A DNA stretch of 64,000 nucleotides from an uncultured Alphaproteobacteria bacterium (lineage in GTDB: Bacteria; Pseudomonadota; Alphaproteobacteria; Rhizobiales; Aestuariivirgaceae), in NCBI GenBank assembly GCA_963816305.1, contig CAWFJW010000038.1:7350-71349 (forward strand), written 5' to 3'. The notes beneath the pieces are model-generated. The model did no database searches. It was not told the DNA's origin and saw only the letters and a list, made by a program, of their open reading frames with translations. The stretch's first letter is position 1. Each line of letters begins with the position of its first letter. Shown in pieces: positions 18,241-27,144 of this stretch. A program made the position numbers and the translations under genes.

Positions 18241-18671
18241 ATCTGCAGCTCCCACAGCTTGCGAATGTCGGGAGGAAGAGCACTGCGCACCTCGTCAAGC
18301 TCGCCTTTGGAAACATGGCGCGACAGGAATTGGAAGACCCGAGCGACATGGTCTTCCACATCGTCGGGCGGATCGTTTTCGAAGGCCTTTTCAATGCGCG
18401 CGCAAAAATCGCGCAGCTTCCGCTCTTTCACCGGCGTGGTGCTGGGGCGCCAGCCCTCGTAATAGAGGCCCCGCACCAGCATGGGCAGTTGCGCGCCGAG
18501 CTGGACCGCCTCGTTTATGCTGAGCCAGTCGCGCAGCGCATGGAGCGTCGCCCGCAACAGGCGCCAGCTGCGGGCCTTGTTTTCCCACGCCATGATCCCG
18601 TCAAGTTCCGTAAGCCAGGTATTTGCGGTATGCACGGCTCGCTCAATCTGGTCCAGGCTGGAAGTCGTCAT
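18237..18671 (-). CDS. DUF2267 domain protein
   Basis: HTANTWLTEL...LRATLHALRDWL...EAVQLGAQLPMLVRGLYYEGWRP...LSRHVSKGE...LPPDIRKLW. SD AGAGGAG. Confidence 0.85.
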   Translation of the reverse strand: MTTSSLDQIERAVHTANTWLTELDGIMAWENKARSWRLLRATLHALRDWLSINEAVQLGAQLPMLVRGLYYEGWRPSTTPVKERKLRDFCARIEKAFENDPPDDVEDHVARVFQFLSRHVSKGELDEVRSALPPDIRKLWELQI

Positions 18672-18721
18672 GTCTATCTCCTCTGTTCCCACCCTTATGG
18701 CCCTATGTCCGGGGATTTGCG

Positions 18722-18735
18722 TTGACTCAGGTCAA
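18722..18735. promoter_or_regulatory. FNR/FixK-type box
   Basis: TTGAC-TCAG-GTCAA palindrome (TTGA[T/C]-N4-[A/G]TCAA), centred ~57 bp upstream of the DUF2267 start. Confidence 0.65.
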
Positions 18736-18794
18736 ATTCAGCGGATTTGGGGCAGAATTTGACTTTTGCGGGAGATGCGATTATGTCACCCTCA

Positions 18795-18916
18795 ATTCCG
18801 TCAGACGCTTGAACGATCTGGCGCCACTTCATACATGAAAGTTAACCTTTCGGGGGATGAAGCGGCCAACATCCGGCAACGAGTTTCGTTTCCGGGTGGC
18901 ATTTTCGTTTGGTTTT
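18795..18916 (+). ncRNA. Putative structured RNA (ffh leader or sRNA)
   Basis: Three consecutive hairpins followed by a U-rich tail, downstream of a TTGACT-N17-TATGTC promoter-like sequence (18759). Confidence 0.45.
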
Positions 18917-18953
18917 TGGCAATCCTTCCTAATTGGGGGAGGTATTAGAAATT

Positions 18954-19093
18954 ATCGCCCTCTCCCGTGCGCTTTGCATGGGAGAGGGTGCCCGACAGGG
19001 CGGGTGAGGGCAACAGTGGCGCGCGTGTCAAAGATGCCCTCATCCGGCCTTCGGCCACCTTCTCCCATCCCAGGAGGGACGGGAGAAGGCGAT
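18954..19093. repeat. REP/REPIN-like 140-bp inverted-repeat element
   Basis: ATCGCCCTCTCCC...GGGAGAGGG...GGGTGAGGGCA / TGCCCTCATCCGGCCTTCGGCCACCTTCTCCC...GGGAGAAGGCGAT. Two inverted copies of a common alphaproteobacterial repeat. Confidence 0.8.
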
Positions 19094-19113
19094 GCGGCAA
19101 AAAGAGAGACTGA

Positions 19114-20665
19114 ATGTTTGAAACCTTAAGCGATCGCCTGTCAGGCATATTCGACAAGCTCACCGGAAGGGGTGCGCTGTCGGAGGCTGATGTCGATGTG
19201 GCCATGCGTGAAGTGCGCAGGGCTTTGCTTGAGGCCGATGTGGCGCTCGAAGTCGTCCGCACCTTCATCGACAAGGTGAAGGAGCGCGCCGTGGGCGCCG
19301 AGATCGTCAAGTCGATCAAGCCCGGCCAGATGGTGGTGAAGATTGTCCACGACGTGCTGGTGGAAACCTTGGGTTCAGACCAATCCGCCCTCAACCTGCG
19401 CGCCGCACCGCCCGTTGCCATTCTCATGGTGGGCCTGCAGGGCTCCGGCAAAACCACCACCACGGCAAAAATAGCCAAGCGCCTGCAGGAGCGTGAAAAG
19501 CGCAAAGTGCTGATGGCGTCGCTTGATACACGAAGGCCCCGCAGCACAAGAACAGCTCGCCATTCTCGGCCAGCAGGTGAAGGTCGCAACGCTCGCAATC
19601 GTCAAAAGCGAAACGCCAACGCAAATCGCCAAGCGCGCCATGTCGGAAGCGCGGAAATCCGGCTTTGATGTGGTGATGCTCGATACCGCTGGCCGCCTTC
19701 ACATTGATGAGGAGCTGCTCGCCGAAGCCGCCGCCGTGCGCGATATCTGCAAACCTAATGAAACACTGCTAGTGGCGGATGCGCTCACCGGGCAGGATGC
19801 TGTAAACCTCGCCCGCGCCTTCGACGAGAAGATCGGCATCTCCGGCATCGTGCTCACCCGCATTGATGGCGATGGCAGGGGTGGCGCCGCGCTTTCCATG
19901 CGCGCCGTCACCGGCAAGCCCATCAAGCTGATGGGCACCGGCGAAAAGCTCGAAGGCCTTGAGGACTTCCACCCCAGCCGCATCGCGGGCCGCATTCTCG
20001 GCATGGGCGACGTGGTGAGCCTCGTTGAGCGCGCCAGCCTGGATATTGACCACGAAAAGGCCCGCAAGATCGCCGAGCGCATGAAGAAGGGCGCATTTGA
20101 TCTCAATGATCTGGCCGAGCAGCTCAAGCAGTTGCAGAAAATGGGCGGCATGGCGGGCATGATGAACATGCTGCCCGGCATGGGCAAGATCAAGAAGCAG
20201 ATGGATGGCGCGGCCCTCGACAATGGCGTGCTGAAACGCCAGGTCTCGATCATCTCGTCGATGACACCCTATGAGCGGCGCAATCCCAAGGTGATGGATG
20301 CCAGGCGCAAGAAGCGCGTGGCGGCGGGGTCCGGCACCAAGGTTGAGGAAATCAACCGCCTGCTGAAAATGCATTTGCAGATGGCCACCATGATGAAGCA
20401 GATGGGCCAGGGCAAAGGCCTGCTCGGCAAGATGATGGGCGGCAAGGGCGTCCCAGACGCCGCCGAACTTGAAAAGATGCAGGCTGAATTGGCAGGTCTT
20501 GATCCCAATGCAATCCCTGCTGACTTGAAAGACATAATGGCGGGCGGAATCTTGCCTGAAATGCCAAAATCCCTGCCGGGTCTTGGCGGCGGACTACCCG
20601 GTCTCGGCGGCCTGCCGGGCCTTGGTGGCAACCCCTTCAAGGGCTTCCCGGGGAAGAAGAAATGA
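19114..20665 (+). CDS. ffh: Signal recognition particle protein Ffh (apparent +1 frameshift at 19537-19540, probably a sequence error)
   Basis: MFETLSDRL, GLQGSGKTTT, D.RRP[c]AAQEQL, DTAGRL, and an M-rich C-terminal domain. The two ORFs join on removing one C from CCCC. Confidence 0.93.
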
Positions 20666-20666
20666 C

Positions 20667-21162
20667 ATGGCCCTTGAACTCGAGACAGAAAGATTGCGGC
20701 TCCGGCAATGGCGCGAGAGCGACGTTGAATCACTTCATGCATTTTACAATGACCCAGAATCCCAGAGCGTCTACGGCACAGCCTACACGCGCGAAGACAC
20801 ATGGCGGCGCATCGCGCTCAACTTCGGTCATTGGCATTTCGGGGCTTTGGCACATGGGCGCTCGAAGAAAAATCTACAAAATCATTCGCAGGCTAAGCTG
20901 GCCTCTGGTTTCCCGAGGGCTGGGGCGATGTTGAGGTGGGTTATGGCATTGCGCCAGAACATCGTCGCAAAGGCTTCGCAGCCGAGGCGGCAGCCTGCGC
21001 GCGTGACTACGGCTATGAAATCGGCATTCCCGGCTCGTTAGCTATATTCAGCCAACCAACTCGGCATCAATTGGGGTGGCGGCCCGCCTATGCGCAAAAC
21101 CCGATGGCGAATTCATGATGCATGGAAAACCACACACTATTTACCTTCACCAAAAACCTTAA
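20667..21162 (+). pseudogene. GNAT (RimJ/RimL-like) acetyltransferase with two frameshifts and an in-frame TAA
   Basis: LETERLRLRQWRESD...GHW / RGFGTWALEEK...FAG*AGLWFPEGWGDVEVGYGI...RRKGFAAEAA / LVSYIQPTNSASIGVAARL. Lesions near 20838, 20894 and 21030. Confidence 0.8.
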
Positions 21163-21192
21163 CTTCAAAACTTCAATCAAGGAGACCTAAAC

Positions 21193-21591
21193 ATGGCAAT
21201 GAAGATCAGGCTTGCGCGCGCAGGCACCAAGAAGCGGCCCTACTATCATATCGTGGTGGCGGACCATGCCTCGCCGCGCGACGGCAAGTTCATCGACGTG
21301 ATTGGCGCTTTCAACCCGATGCTGGGCAAGACAGATGAGGCCCGCGTCAAGCTCGATGCGGCCAAGGCTGCTGACTGGCTCAAGAAGGGCGCCCAACCCA
21401 CCGACCGCGTTTTGCGTTTCCTCGACAAGGCAGGCGTTGCCAAGCGCCCCGCCCGCAACAATCCGCAGAAGGCATTGCCCGGCAAGAAGCGCATTGAGCG
21501 TGAAAAGCTCCAGGCCGATGTGGCTGCCAAGGTTGCAGCCGCTGCCGCTGCTGCTGCCGAAGCACCAGCGGCCGAGGCCCCGCAGGCTTAA
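21193..21591 (+). CDS. rpsP: 30S ribosomal protein S16
   Basis: [29 protein letters not shown]...GAQPTDRV. Confidence 0.97.
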   Translation: MAMKIRLARAGTKKRPYYHIVVADHASPRDGKFIDVIGAFNPMLGKTDEARVKLDAAKAADWLKKGAQPTDRVLRFLDKAGVAKRPARNNPQKALPGKKRIEREKLQADVAAKVAAAAAAAAEAPAAEAPQA

Positions 21592-21598
21592 GCAAAAT

Positions 21599-22126
21599 AT
21601 GGGCTCCCTGCATGACCAGGTTCTTGTTGGCGTGATTGTGGGGGCGCACGGCATCAGGGGCGAGGTGAAGCTGAAAAGCTTCACCTCCAATCCCTCCAGC
21701 ATTGGCAGCTACGGGCCATTGCAAACTTTATCGGGCCAACAGTTTGAAATTTCAAAACTGAAGCCTGCGAAAGATGGCTTTCTGGCCACGCTGAAAAATG
21801 TTGTTGATCGCAGTCAATCCGAGCTGCTGCGTGGGCTCGAACTCTTTGTCGCCCGCGAAAAATTGCCCAAACTCAAAGACAGCGAAGCCTACGCCCACGA
21901 TCTCATGGGATCAGACGTGTTGCTGGAAGATGGCAGCCTGTTGGGCAAGCTCATCGCCATGCCAAACTATGGCGCTGGCGATTTGCTGGAAGTGGAGTTG
22001 CCGGGAAACACCGAGACTGTGCTGATCCCCTTCACGGCGGCCTTTGTCCCGCAAGATGATTTCTCATCCGGCAGGATCATCGTGATTTTGCCGGAAGGGT
22101 ACTTGGATGCAGGTGAGCCGGAATGA
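21599..22126 (+). CDS. rimM: Ribosome maturation factor RimM
   Basis: [35 protein letters not shown]. Confidence 0.94.
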   Translation: MGSLHDQVLVGVIVGAHGIRGEVKLKSFTSNPSSIGSYGPLQTLSGQQFEISKLKPAKDGFLATLKNVVDRSQSELLRGLELFVAREKLPKLKDSEAYAHDLMGSDVLLEDGSLLGKLIAMPNYGAGDLLEVELPGNTETVLIPFTAAFVPQDDFSSGRIIVILPEGYLDAGEPE

Positions 22127-22815
22127 CCTTCGCCGCCACCATCCTCACGCTTTTTCCGGACATGTTCCCGGGCTCGCTTGGCCACTCGCTGGCAGGCAAG
22201 GCGCTGGGCGATGGCCTGTGGTCGCTCGATGCGCGAGACATCAGGGCCTCCGCCACCGACCGGCACCGCACCGTCGACGACCACCCGGCAGGCGGCGGCG
22301 CCGGCATGGTGCTGAAGCCTGATATTCTGGCAGCCGCCATTGATGCCGCCCCGCATGTGGGCCCGCGCCTGCTCATGAGTCCTCGTGGCATTCCCCTCAC
22401 CCAGGCCTTCGTGCGCGAACTGGCGGCCGGGCCCGGCTTTCTTCTTGTCTGCGGCCGCTTTGAGGGAATCGACGAACGCGTTATCGAAAAGCGCGGCCTC
22501 ATCGAAGTTTCCCTCGGCGATTTTGTGCTGTCAGGCGGCGAACCCGCGGCACTCGCTCTCCTCGATGCGGTCATCCGCCTCCTCCCCGGAGTCATGGGCA
22601 AAGTGGCCTCTGGCGAGGAGGAAAGTTTTGAGGATGGCCTTCTCGAACACTCCCATTACACCAAACCGCGCATCTGGGAAGGTTTTGAAATTCCTCAAGT
22701 TCTCCTCTCCGGAGACCACAAGGCGATAGCCCAGTGGAAACGCCAGCAGCGCGAAGCCTTGACCAAACGCGTGAGGCCAGATCTCTGGCAAAAACATCTG
22801 GCCGATAAGATTTGA
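22123..22815 (+). CDS. trmD: tRNA (guanine37-N1)-methyltransferase
   Basis: [44 protein letters not shown]. Confidence 0.96.
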   Translation: MTFAATILTLFPDMFPGSLGHSLAGKALGDGLWSLDARDIRASATDRHRTVDDHPAGGGAGMVLKPDILAAAIDAAPHVGPRLLMSPRGIPLTQAFVRELAAGPGFLLVCGRFEGIDERVIEKRGLIEVSLGDFVLSGGEPAALALLDAVIRLLPGVMGKVASGEEESFEDGLLEHSHYTKPRIWEGFEIPQVLLSGDHKAIAQWKRQQREALTKRVRPDLWQKHLADKI

Positions 22816-22867
22816 TTTATGACCGCTTTGCCGCTATAGCCCGCCCAACACCAAAGGAACCATCCCC

Positions 22868-23347
22868 ATGAACATCATTCAGCAGCTCGAAAAAGAGCAG
22901 GTGGCCATCGTTGCCGCCAAGCGCGCTGTGCCCGTATTTTCGGCGGGCGACACCGTCATCGTCAACGTCAAGGTTGTTGAAGGCGAACGCACCCGTGTGC
23001 AGGCCTATGAAGGCGTTGTCATCGCCCGCTCCGGCGGCGGCTTGCAGGAAAATTTCACCGTCCGCAAAATGTCCTATGGCGAAGGCGTGGAGCGCGTATT
23101 TCCGGTCTATTCCCCGCTGATTGACTCAATCAAGGTGGTGCGCCGTGGTGAAGTCCGCCGTGCGAAGTTGTATTATCTGCGTGACCGCACCGGCAAGTCG
23201 GCCCGCATCGTCGAGCGCCGCGCCAGCGAGATGGAAAACCAGATCGACATGGAAGTCGCCGCTTCCACAGCCATCAGCGCCGCCGCAAGCTCAGAAGCCA
23301 AGGCCCAGGCCAAAGCGGAAGCCAAGGCAAGCGGCAAGAAGAAGTAG
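22868..23347 (+). CDS. rplS: 50S ribosomal protein L19
   Basis: [26 protein letters not shown]...[11 protein letters not shown]...[10 protein letters not shown]. Confidence 0.97.
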   Translation: MNIIQQLEKEQVAIVAAKRAVPVFSAGDTVIVNVKVVEGERTRVQAYEGVVIARSGGGLQENFTVRKMSYGEGVERVFPVYSPLIDSIKVVRRGEVRRAKLYYLRDRTGKSARIVERRASEMENQIDMEVAASTAISAAASSEAKAQAKAEAKASGKKK

Positions 23348-23372
23348 CTTCGGGAAGCGCTTTCGCAGTTTT

Positions 23373-23401
23373 AAGGGGCCTGCAGCGATGCGGGCCTTTT
23401 T
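23373..23401 (+). terminator. Intrinsic terminator after rplS
   Basis: GGCCTGCA-GCGA-TGCGGGCC stem followed by TTTTT. Confidence 0.8.
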
Positions 23402-23416
23402 CATTTGGAGGCCATC

Positions 23417-24236
23417 ATGAGTGATTATCTCGAAGTCAACCGCGCCAACTGGAATGACCGCGCCGCCATCCACTACAAGGATGAGGCAGGCGCCTACCGC
23501 GTCAAGGAATTCCTGAATGGCGAAGATAATCTTCATGGCATCGAGGACCGCGAGGTGGGAGATGTGAAGGGAAAACGCATCGCCCACCTGCAATGCCACT
23601 TCGGCATCGACACGTTGTGTTTTGCAAGACGAGGCGCATCTTGCGTCGGTCTCTGATTTTTCGCCCGTTGCCATCTCCGCCGCGCGCGATCTGCAAAAGC
23701 AGACCGGCCTCGATGCAACCTTCGTTGAAGGCAATGTCTATGACGCCCGCGCGCTGATCGACGGCCACTTCGACATGGTCTATGTCACCTGGGGCGCCAT
23801 CAACTGGTTGCCGGATATTGCGCGCTGGGCGAAAGTTGTCGCATCCCTGCTGAAGCCCGGAGGCACACTTTATCTGCTGGAAGGCCATCCCTCGCTCATG
23901 GCGCTCAATGAAAAAACGCAAAACCTTGAGCACGGCTTTAACTGGCGCACCCCACCGGACGCTCCCATCGTTGAAGAGGGAGCGACGACCTATACCGGTG
24001 ACACAACCCCGGTCACCGCCACGACAACAAACTCATGGATTCATCCCTTGAGCGACATCATCAATGCGGTGATTGGCGCGGGGCTCCGCCTCGATTATCT
24101 CAATGAACACGAAGAGCTGGCGTGGGCCTTCGCCCCAATCATGGTGCCTGTCGAAGGCAAGCGCCGCATGTGGGTGCTGCCCAAGGGCTTCCCAAGATTG
24201 CCCCTGGCGTTTTCACTGAAAGCTACGAAGGTTTGA
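23417..24236 (+). pseudogene. Class I SAM-dependent methyltransferase, +1 frameshift at ~23654 (possibly a sequence error)
   Basis: NRANWNDRA..H...HLQCHFGIDTL..ARRGA.CVGL[t]DFSPVAI...FDMVYVTWGAINWLPDI. Confidence 0.8.
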
Positions 24237-24915
24237 ACCGATAGTGGCCTGTCAACTCAAAAGCGAACAGCGCATCATCAAGCCTCGCGCCGGCGCCGAT
24301 GTTGTGGACACATAGGGGGCGCAAGCCATCATCGCTGGCCCGGTGTGTGACAACCGCGATATGCGTGAGCTTGCCCGGCAGTTCCATGGTGACCACATCG
24401 CCCGGCAGATAGGCTGCGCCATCATTTGAAACAGGCAGTGAAGATTTGCGCCGCGTGAAGAAGACTTGCAGATTTGGAACGCGGCGATGATCAATATTGC
24501 TGTCTGGCCGCTTCAATCCCCACTTGGCGGGATAGGCCGCGAAATTCTGGCTCATGTCGTCGTGCACCAGTTTTTGCAAATCCACGTTGAGGCCATCCCG
24601 ATAGGCCCTGATAACCACATCCGTGCACACGCCACGCTCGATAGGCACATCGCCATTGGGATAGGGCAGCTTTGCATAGGCCCCGTCATACCAAAGCGTT
24701 TTGCCAATCTGACTTTCCGCAGCTGCAATCAGTTTCATTGCCCACTCTTGAGGCTCGGCGAAGACTCTGCCATCCTCAAGTGGCGGAGATGCGATCGGAG
24801 CTGAAGCATATTGCAGGGCCACTCGGCCCCACTGCGGCCTTGCGGCCATGGACACCGCTCCCCCGATAGTTCCGGCGCCCAGGAGCCCCAGGCAAACTGT
24901 TCTGCGTGTAATCAT
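24223..24915 (-). CDS. DUF1287 domain protein with possible Tat signal
   Basis: YDGAYAKLPYPNGDVPIERGVCTDVVIRAYR, DSNIDHRRVPNL, HNIGAG. N-terminal TRRTVCLG. Confidence 0.85.
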   Translation of the reverse strand: MITRRTVCLGLLGAGTIGGAVSMAARPQWGRVALQYASAPIASPPLEDGRVFAEPQEWAMKLIAAAESQIGKTLWYDGAYAKLPYPNGDVPIERGVCTDVVIRAYRDGLNVDLQKLVHDDMSQNFAAYPAKWGLKRPDSNIDHRRVPNLQVFFTRRKSSLPVSNDGAAYLPGDVVTMELPGKLTHIAVVTHRASDDGLRPLCVHNIGAGARLDDALFAFELTGHYRFKPS

Positions 24916-25024
24916 GCCGCCATCGGGCCATGTCAAAACGGCGGGATTATGATGCAGGATTGGGATTTGACTTAAGTTCCGCAAAGGCTAAATAGCAGCC
25001 ACAACCTTCATTTTGAGACGATAA

Positions 25025-26434
25025 ATGGCCAAGCCACGCACGCTCTACGACAAGATCTGGGACGATCATCTGGTTCATGAGGCCGATGACGGCACCTGCC
25101 TGCTCTATATTGACCGGCATCTCGTCCATGAAGTCACCTCCCCCCAGGCTTTTGAGGGCCTGCGCATGACGGGCCGCAAGGTGCGCCATCCCGAGCGCAC
25201 CTTGGCCGTGGTTGATCACAATGTGCCGACCACCGACCGATCGAAAGGCATCGCCGAGGAGGAAAGCCGCATTCAGGTGGAAACCCTGGCCCAGAACGCC
25301 CGCGAATTTGGCGTGGAGTATTTCCACGAGCGCGATAAGCGCCAGGGGATCGTTCACGTCGTTGGCCCCGAACAGGGCTTCACGCTGCCGGGCACCACCA
25401 TCGTCTGCGGCGACAGCCACACCTCAACCCATGGCGCATTTGGAGCCCTGGCCCACGGGATCGGCACCTCGGAAGTGGAACACGTTCTCGCCACGCAAAC
25501 GCTGATCCAGAAAAAAGCCAGGAACATGCGGGTGGAAGTCTCCGGCAAGCTGGCGCCCCACGCCACCGCCAAGGACATCATCCTTTCCATCATCGGCGAA
25601 ATCGGCACTGCGGGCGGCACCGGCTCCGTCATTGAATTCGCCGGTGAAGCCATCCGCGATCTTTCCATGGAAGGCCGCATGACGGTCTGCAACATGACGA
25701 TTGAAGGCGGCGCCCGCGCCGGCATGATAGCGCCCGACCAGAAAGCCTATGACTATCTCCACGGCCGCCCCAAGGCTCCCAAGGGTGCGGCCTGGGACAA
25801 GGCGCAGGCCTATTGGGATACTCTGCGCACGGATGAAGACGCGCATTTCGACCGCATCGTGAAACTCGACGCCGCAGCGCTGCCCCCCATCGTGTCCTGG
25901 GGAACCTCGCCGGAGGATGTTGTCTCCGTGGCAGGCACCGTTCCAAACCCCGAAGACATTCCTGACGAAGGCAAACGCCAGTCCAAATGGCGGGCCCTTG
26001 AATACATGGGCCTCAAGCCCGGCCAGAAAATCACCGACATTGAGCTTGATGTGATCTGGATCGGCTCCTGCACGAATGGCCGCATTGAGGATCTGCGCAA
26101 TGTGGCCAAGATCGTCGATGGCAAGAAAATCGCCGGCAACCTGGCCTACGCCATGATCGTTCCTGGCTCCGGCCTCGTGAAGGAGCAGGCCGAAGCTGAA
26201 GGCCTCGACAAGATTTTCCTCAACGCCGGATTTGAATGGCGTGAACCGGGCTGCTCCATGTGTTTGGGCATGAACCCCGACCAGCTCAAGCCCGGCCAGC
26301 GCTGCGCCTCAACCTCCAACCGCAATTTCGAAGGCAGGCAGGGTTATCGCGGCCGCACCCATCTGGTCTCGCCCCAAATGGCGGCGGCAGCAGCCCTTGC
26401 CGGGCGCTTTGTCGACATCAGGCATGGGCGTTAA
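25025..26434 (+). CDS. leuC: 3-isopropylmalate dehydratase large subunit
   Basis: [56 protein letters not shown]. Confidence 0.97.
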   Translation: MAKPRTLYDKIWDDHLVHEADDGTCLLYIDRHLVHEVTSPQAFEGLRMTGRKVRHPERTLAVVDHNVPTTDRSKGIAEEESRIQVETLAQNAREFGVEYFHERDKRQGIVHVVGPEQGFTLPGTTIVCGDSHTSTHGAFGALAHGIGTSEVEHVLATQTLIQKKARNMRVEVSGKLAPHATAKDIILSIIGEIGTAGGTGSVIEFAGEAIRDLSMEGRMTVCNMTIEGGARAGMIAPDQKAYDYLHGRPKAPKGAAWDKAQAYWDTLRTDEDAHFDRIVKLDAAALPPIVSWGTSPEDVVSVAGTVPNPEDIPDEGKRQSKWRALEYMGLKPGQKITDIELDVIWIGSCTNGRIEDLRNVAKIVDGKKIAGNLAYAMIVPGSGLVKEQAEAEGLDKIFLNAGFEWREPGCSMCLGMNPDQLKPGQRCASTSNRNFEGRQGYRGRTHLVSPQMAAAAALAGRFVDIRHGR

Positions 26435-26547
26435 TCAATAAAGTTATTAATGGTTGATACATAATTCGTTAAGTATTATGTCACAAACGGGGCGGCAGTT
26501 TGATTCACGGGTGTTCTGGCGTGGGTCGCGTAAACAGAGGGCGAAAA

Positions 26548-26700
26548 TTGAGCAATTCACTTCAAGCCGACGCAAAATTCCTGCGTCGCATTTTCATCGC
26601 GCTTGTCATTTTGACGCTCTGCGCGGGCGGCATGGTTGGCCTTACAACCGCCCAAGCGATGACCGAAAATCAGGCGAACTGCTTCTTGGCCTGTCAGTAG
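26548..26700 (+). CDS. Putative small secreted or membrane peptide (50 aa)
   Basis: TTG start after AGAGGG. MSNSLQADAKFLRRIFIALVILTLCAGGMVGLTTAQAMTENQANCFLACQ*. Confidence 0.45.
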   Translation: MSNSLQADAKFLRRIFIALVILTLCAGGMVGLTTAQAMTENQANCFLACQ

Positions 26701-26729
26701 CCGGCTGAACAGTCGGCGCGATCTGACGC

Positions 26730-27041
26730 TTAAATCCACTTGCGCGGCGGAGCCCGGCTCGGCGCGCTGGTAAATTCAATCCCGATCAGGCTGCTGTGGC
26801 GCCATTTGACGCGCGCGTCCCTGATCTGGCCATCGGTTAAAGTCACAAGGCTGAATTCCGCAGGCACGGCCCGCCAATCCTTGCACATCAATTTGGCGCC
26901 CGTTTCAGAAAGGTCGCGGATGGTGCAGTCAACCACAGAGCCCAGTTGATTGAAGACAATCTTTCCATCCTTGAGAACCCGCTGCCGCCGGGCGACGCGC
27001 TTCTCCACCCTGTCGACGTCTGATTTCAAAATGCTGGTCAT
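26730..27041 (-). CDS. Stand-alone PilZ domain protein
   Basis: RVARRQR (RxxxR) and DLSETG (D/NxSxxG) c-di-GMP motifs, VKWR...IGIEF. Confidence 0.88.
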   Translation of the reverse strand: MTSILKSDVDRVEKRVARRQRVLKDGKIVFNQLGSVVDCTIRDLSETGAKLMCKDWRAVPAEFSLVTLTDGQIRDARVKWRHSSLIGIEFTSAPSRAPPRKWI

Positions 27042-27144
27042 GGCCATGGGCTTCCTGCAATGGCAACCCAAAGGGGGCCATCCTGGCGGGAATCCTACCA
27101 CCCGAGGCTGAATCCAGCCTGACCTTGCTGATCAGGAGTTTGCC

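Noticed and set aside
18795-18916. Possibility that the RNA upstream of ffh is SRP (4.5S) RNA
   Set aside because: Lacks the conserved helix-8 CAGG...GGAA...AGCAG signature.
20560-20660. LPGLGG repeats at the Ffh C-terminus
   Set aside because: Common low-complexity tail of alphaproteobacterial Ffh. Not a CRISPR or mobile repeat.
26415-26434. LeuC ending DIRHGR with the usual Trp codon apparently in another frame
   Set aside because: Could be another single-base error but affects only the last few residues. Cannot be decided from sequence.
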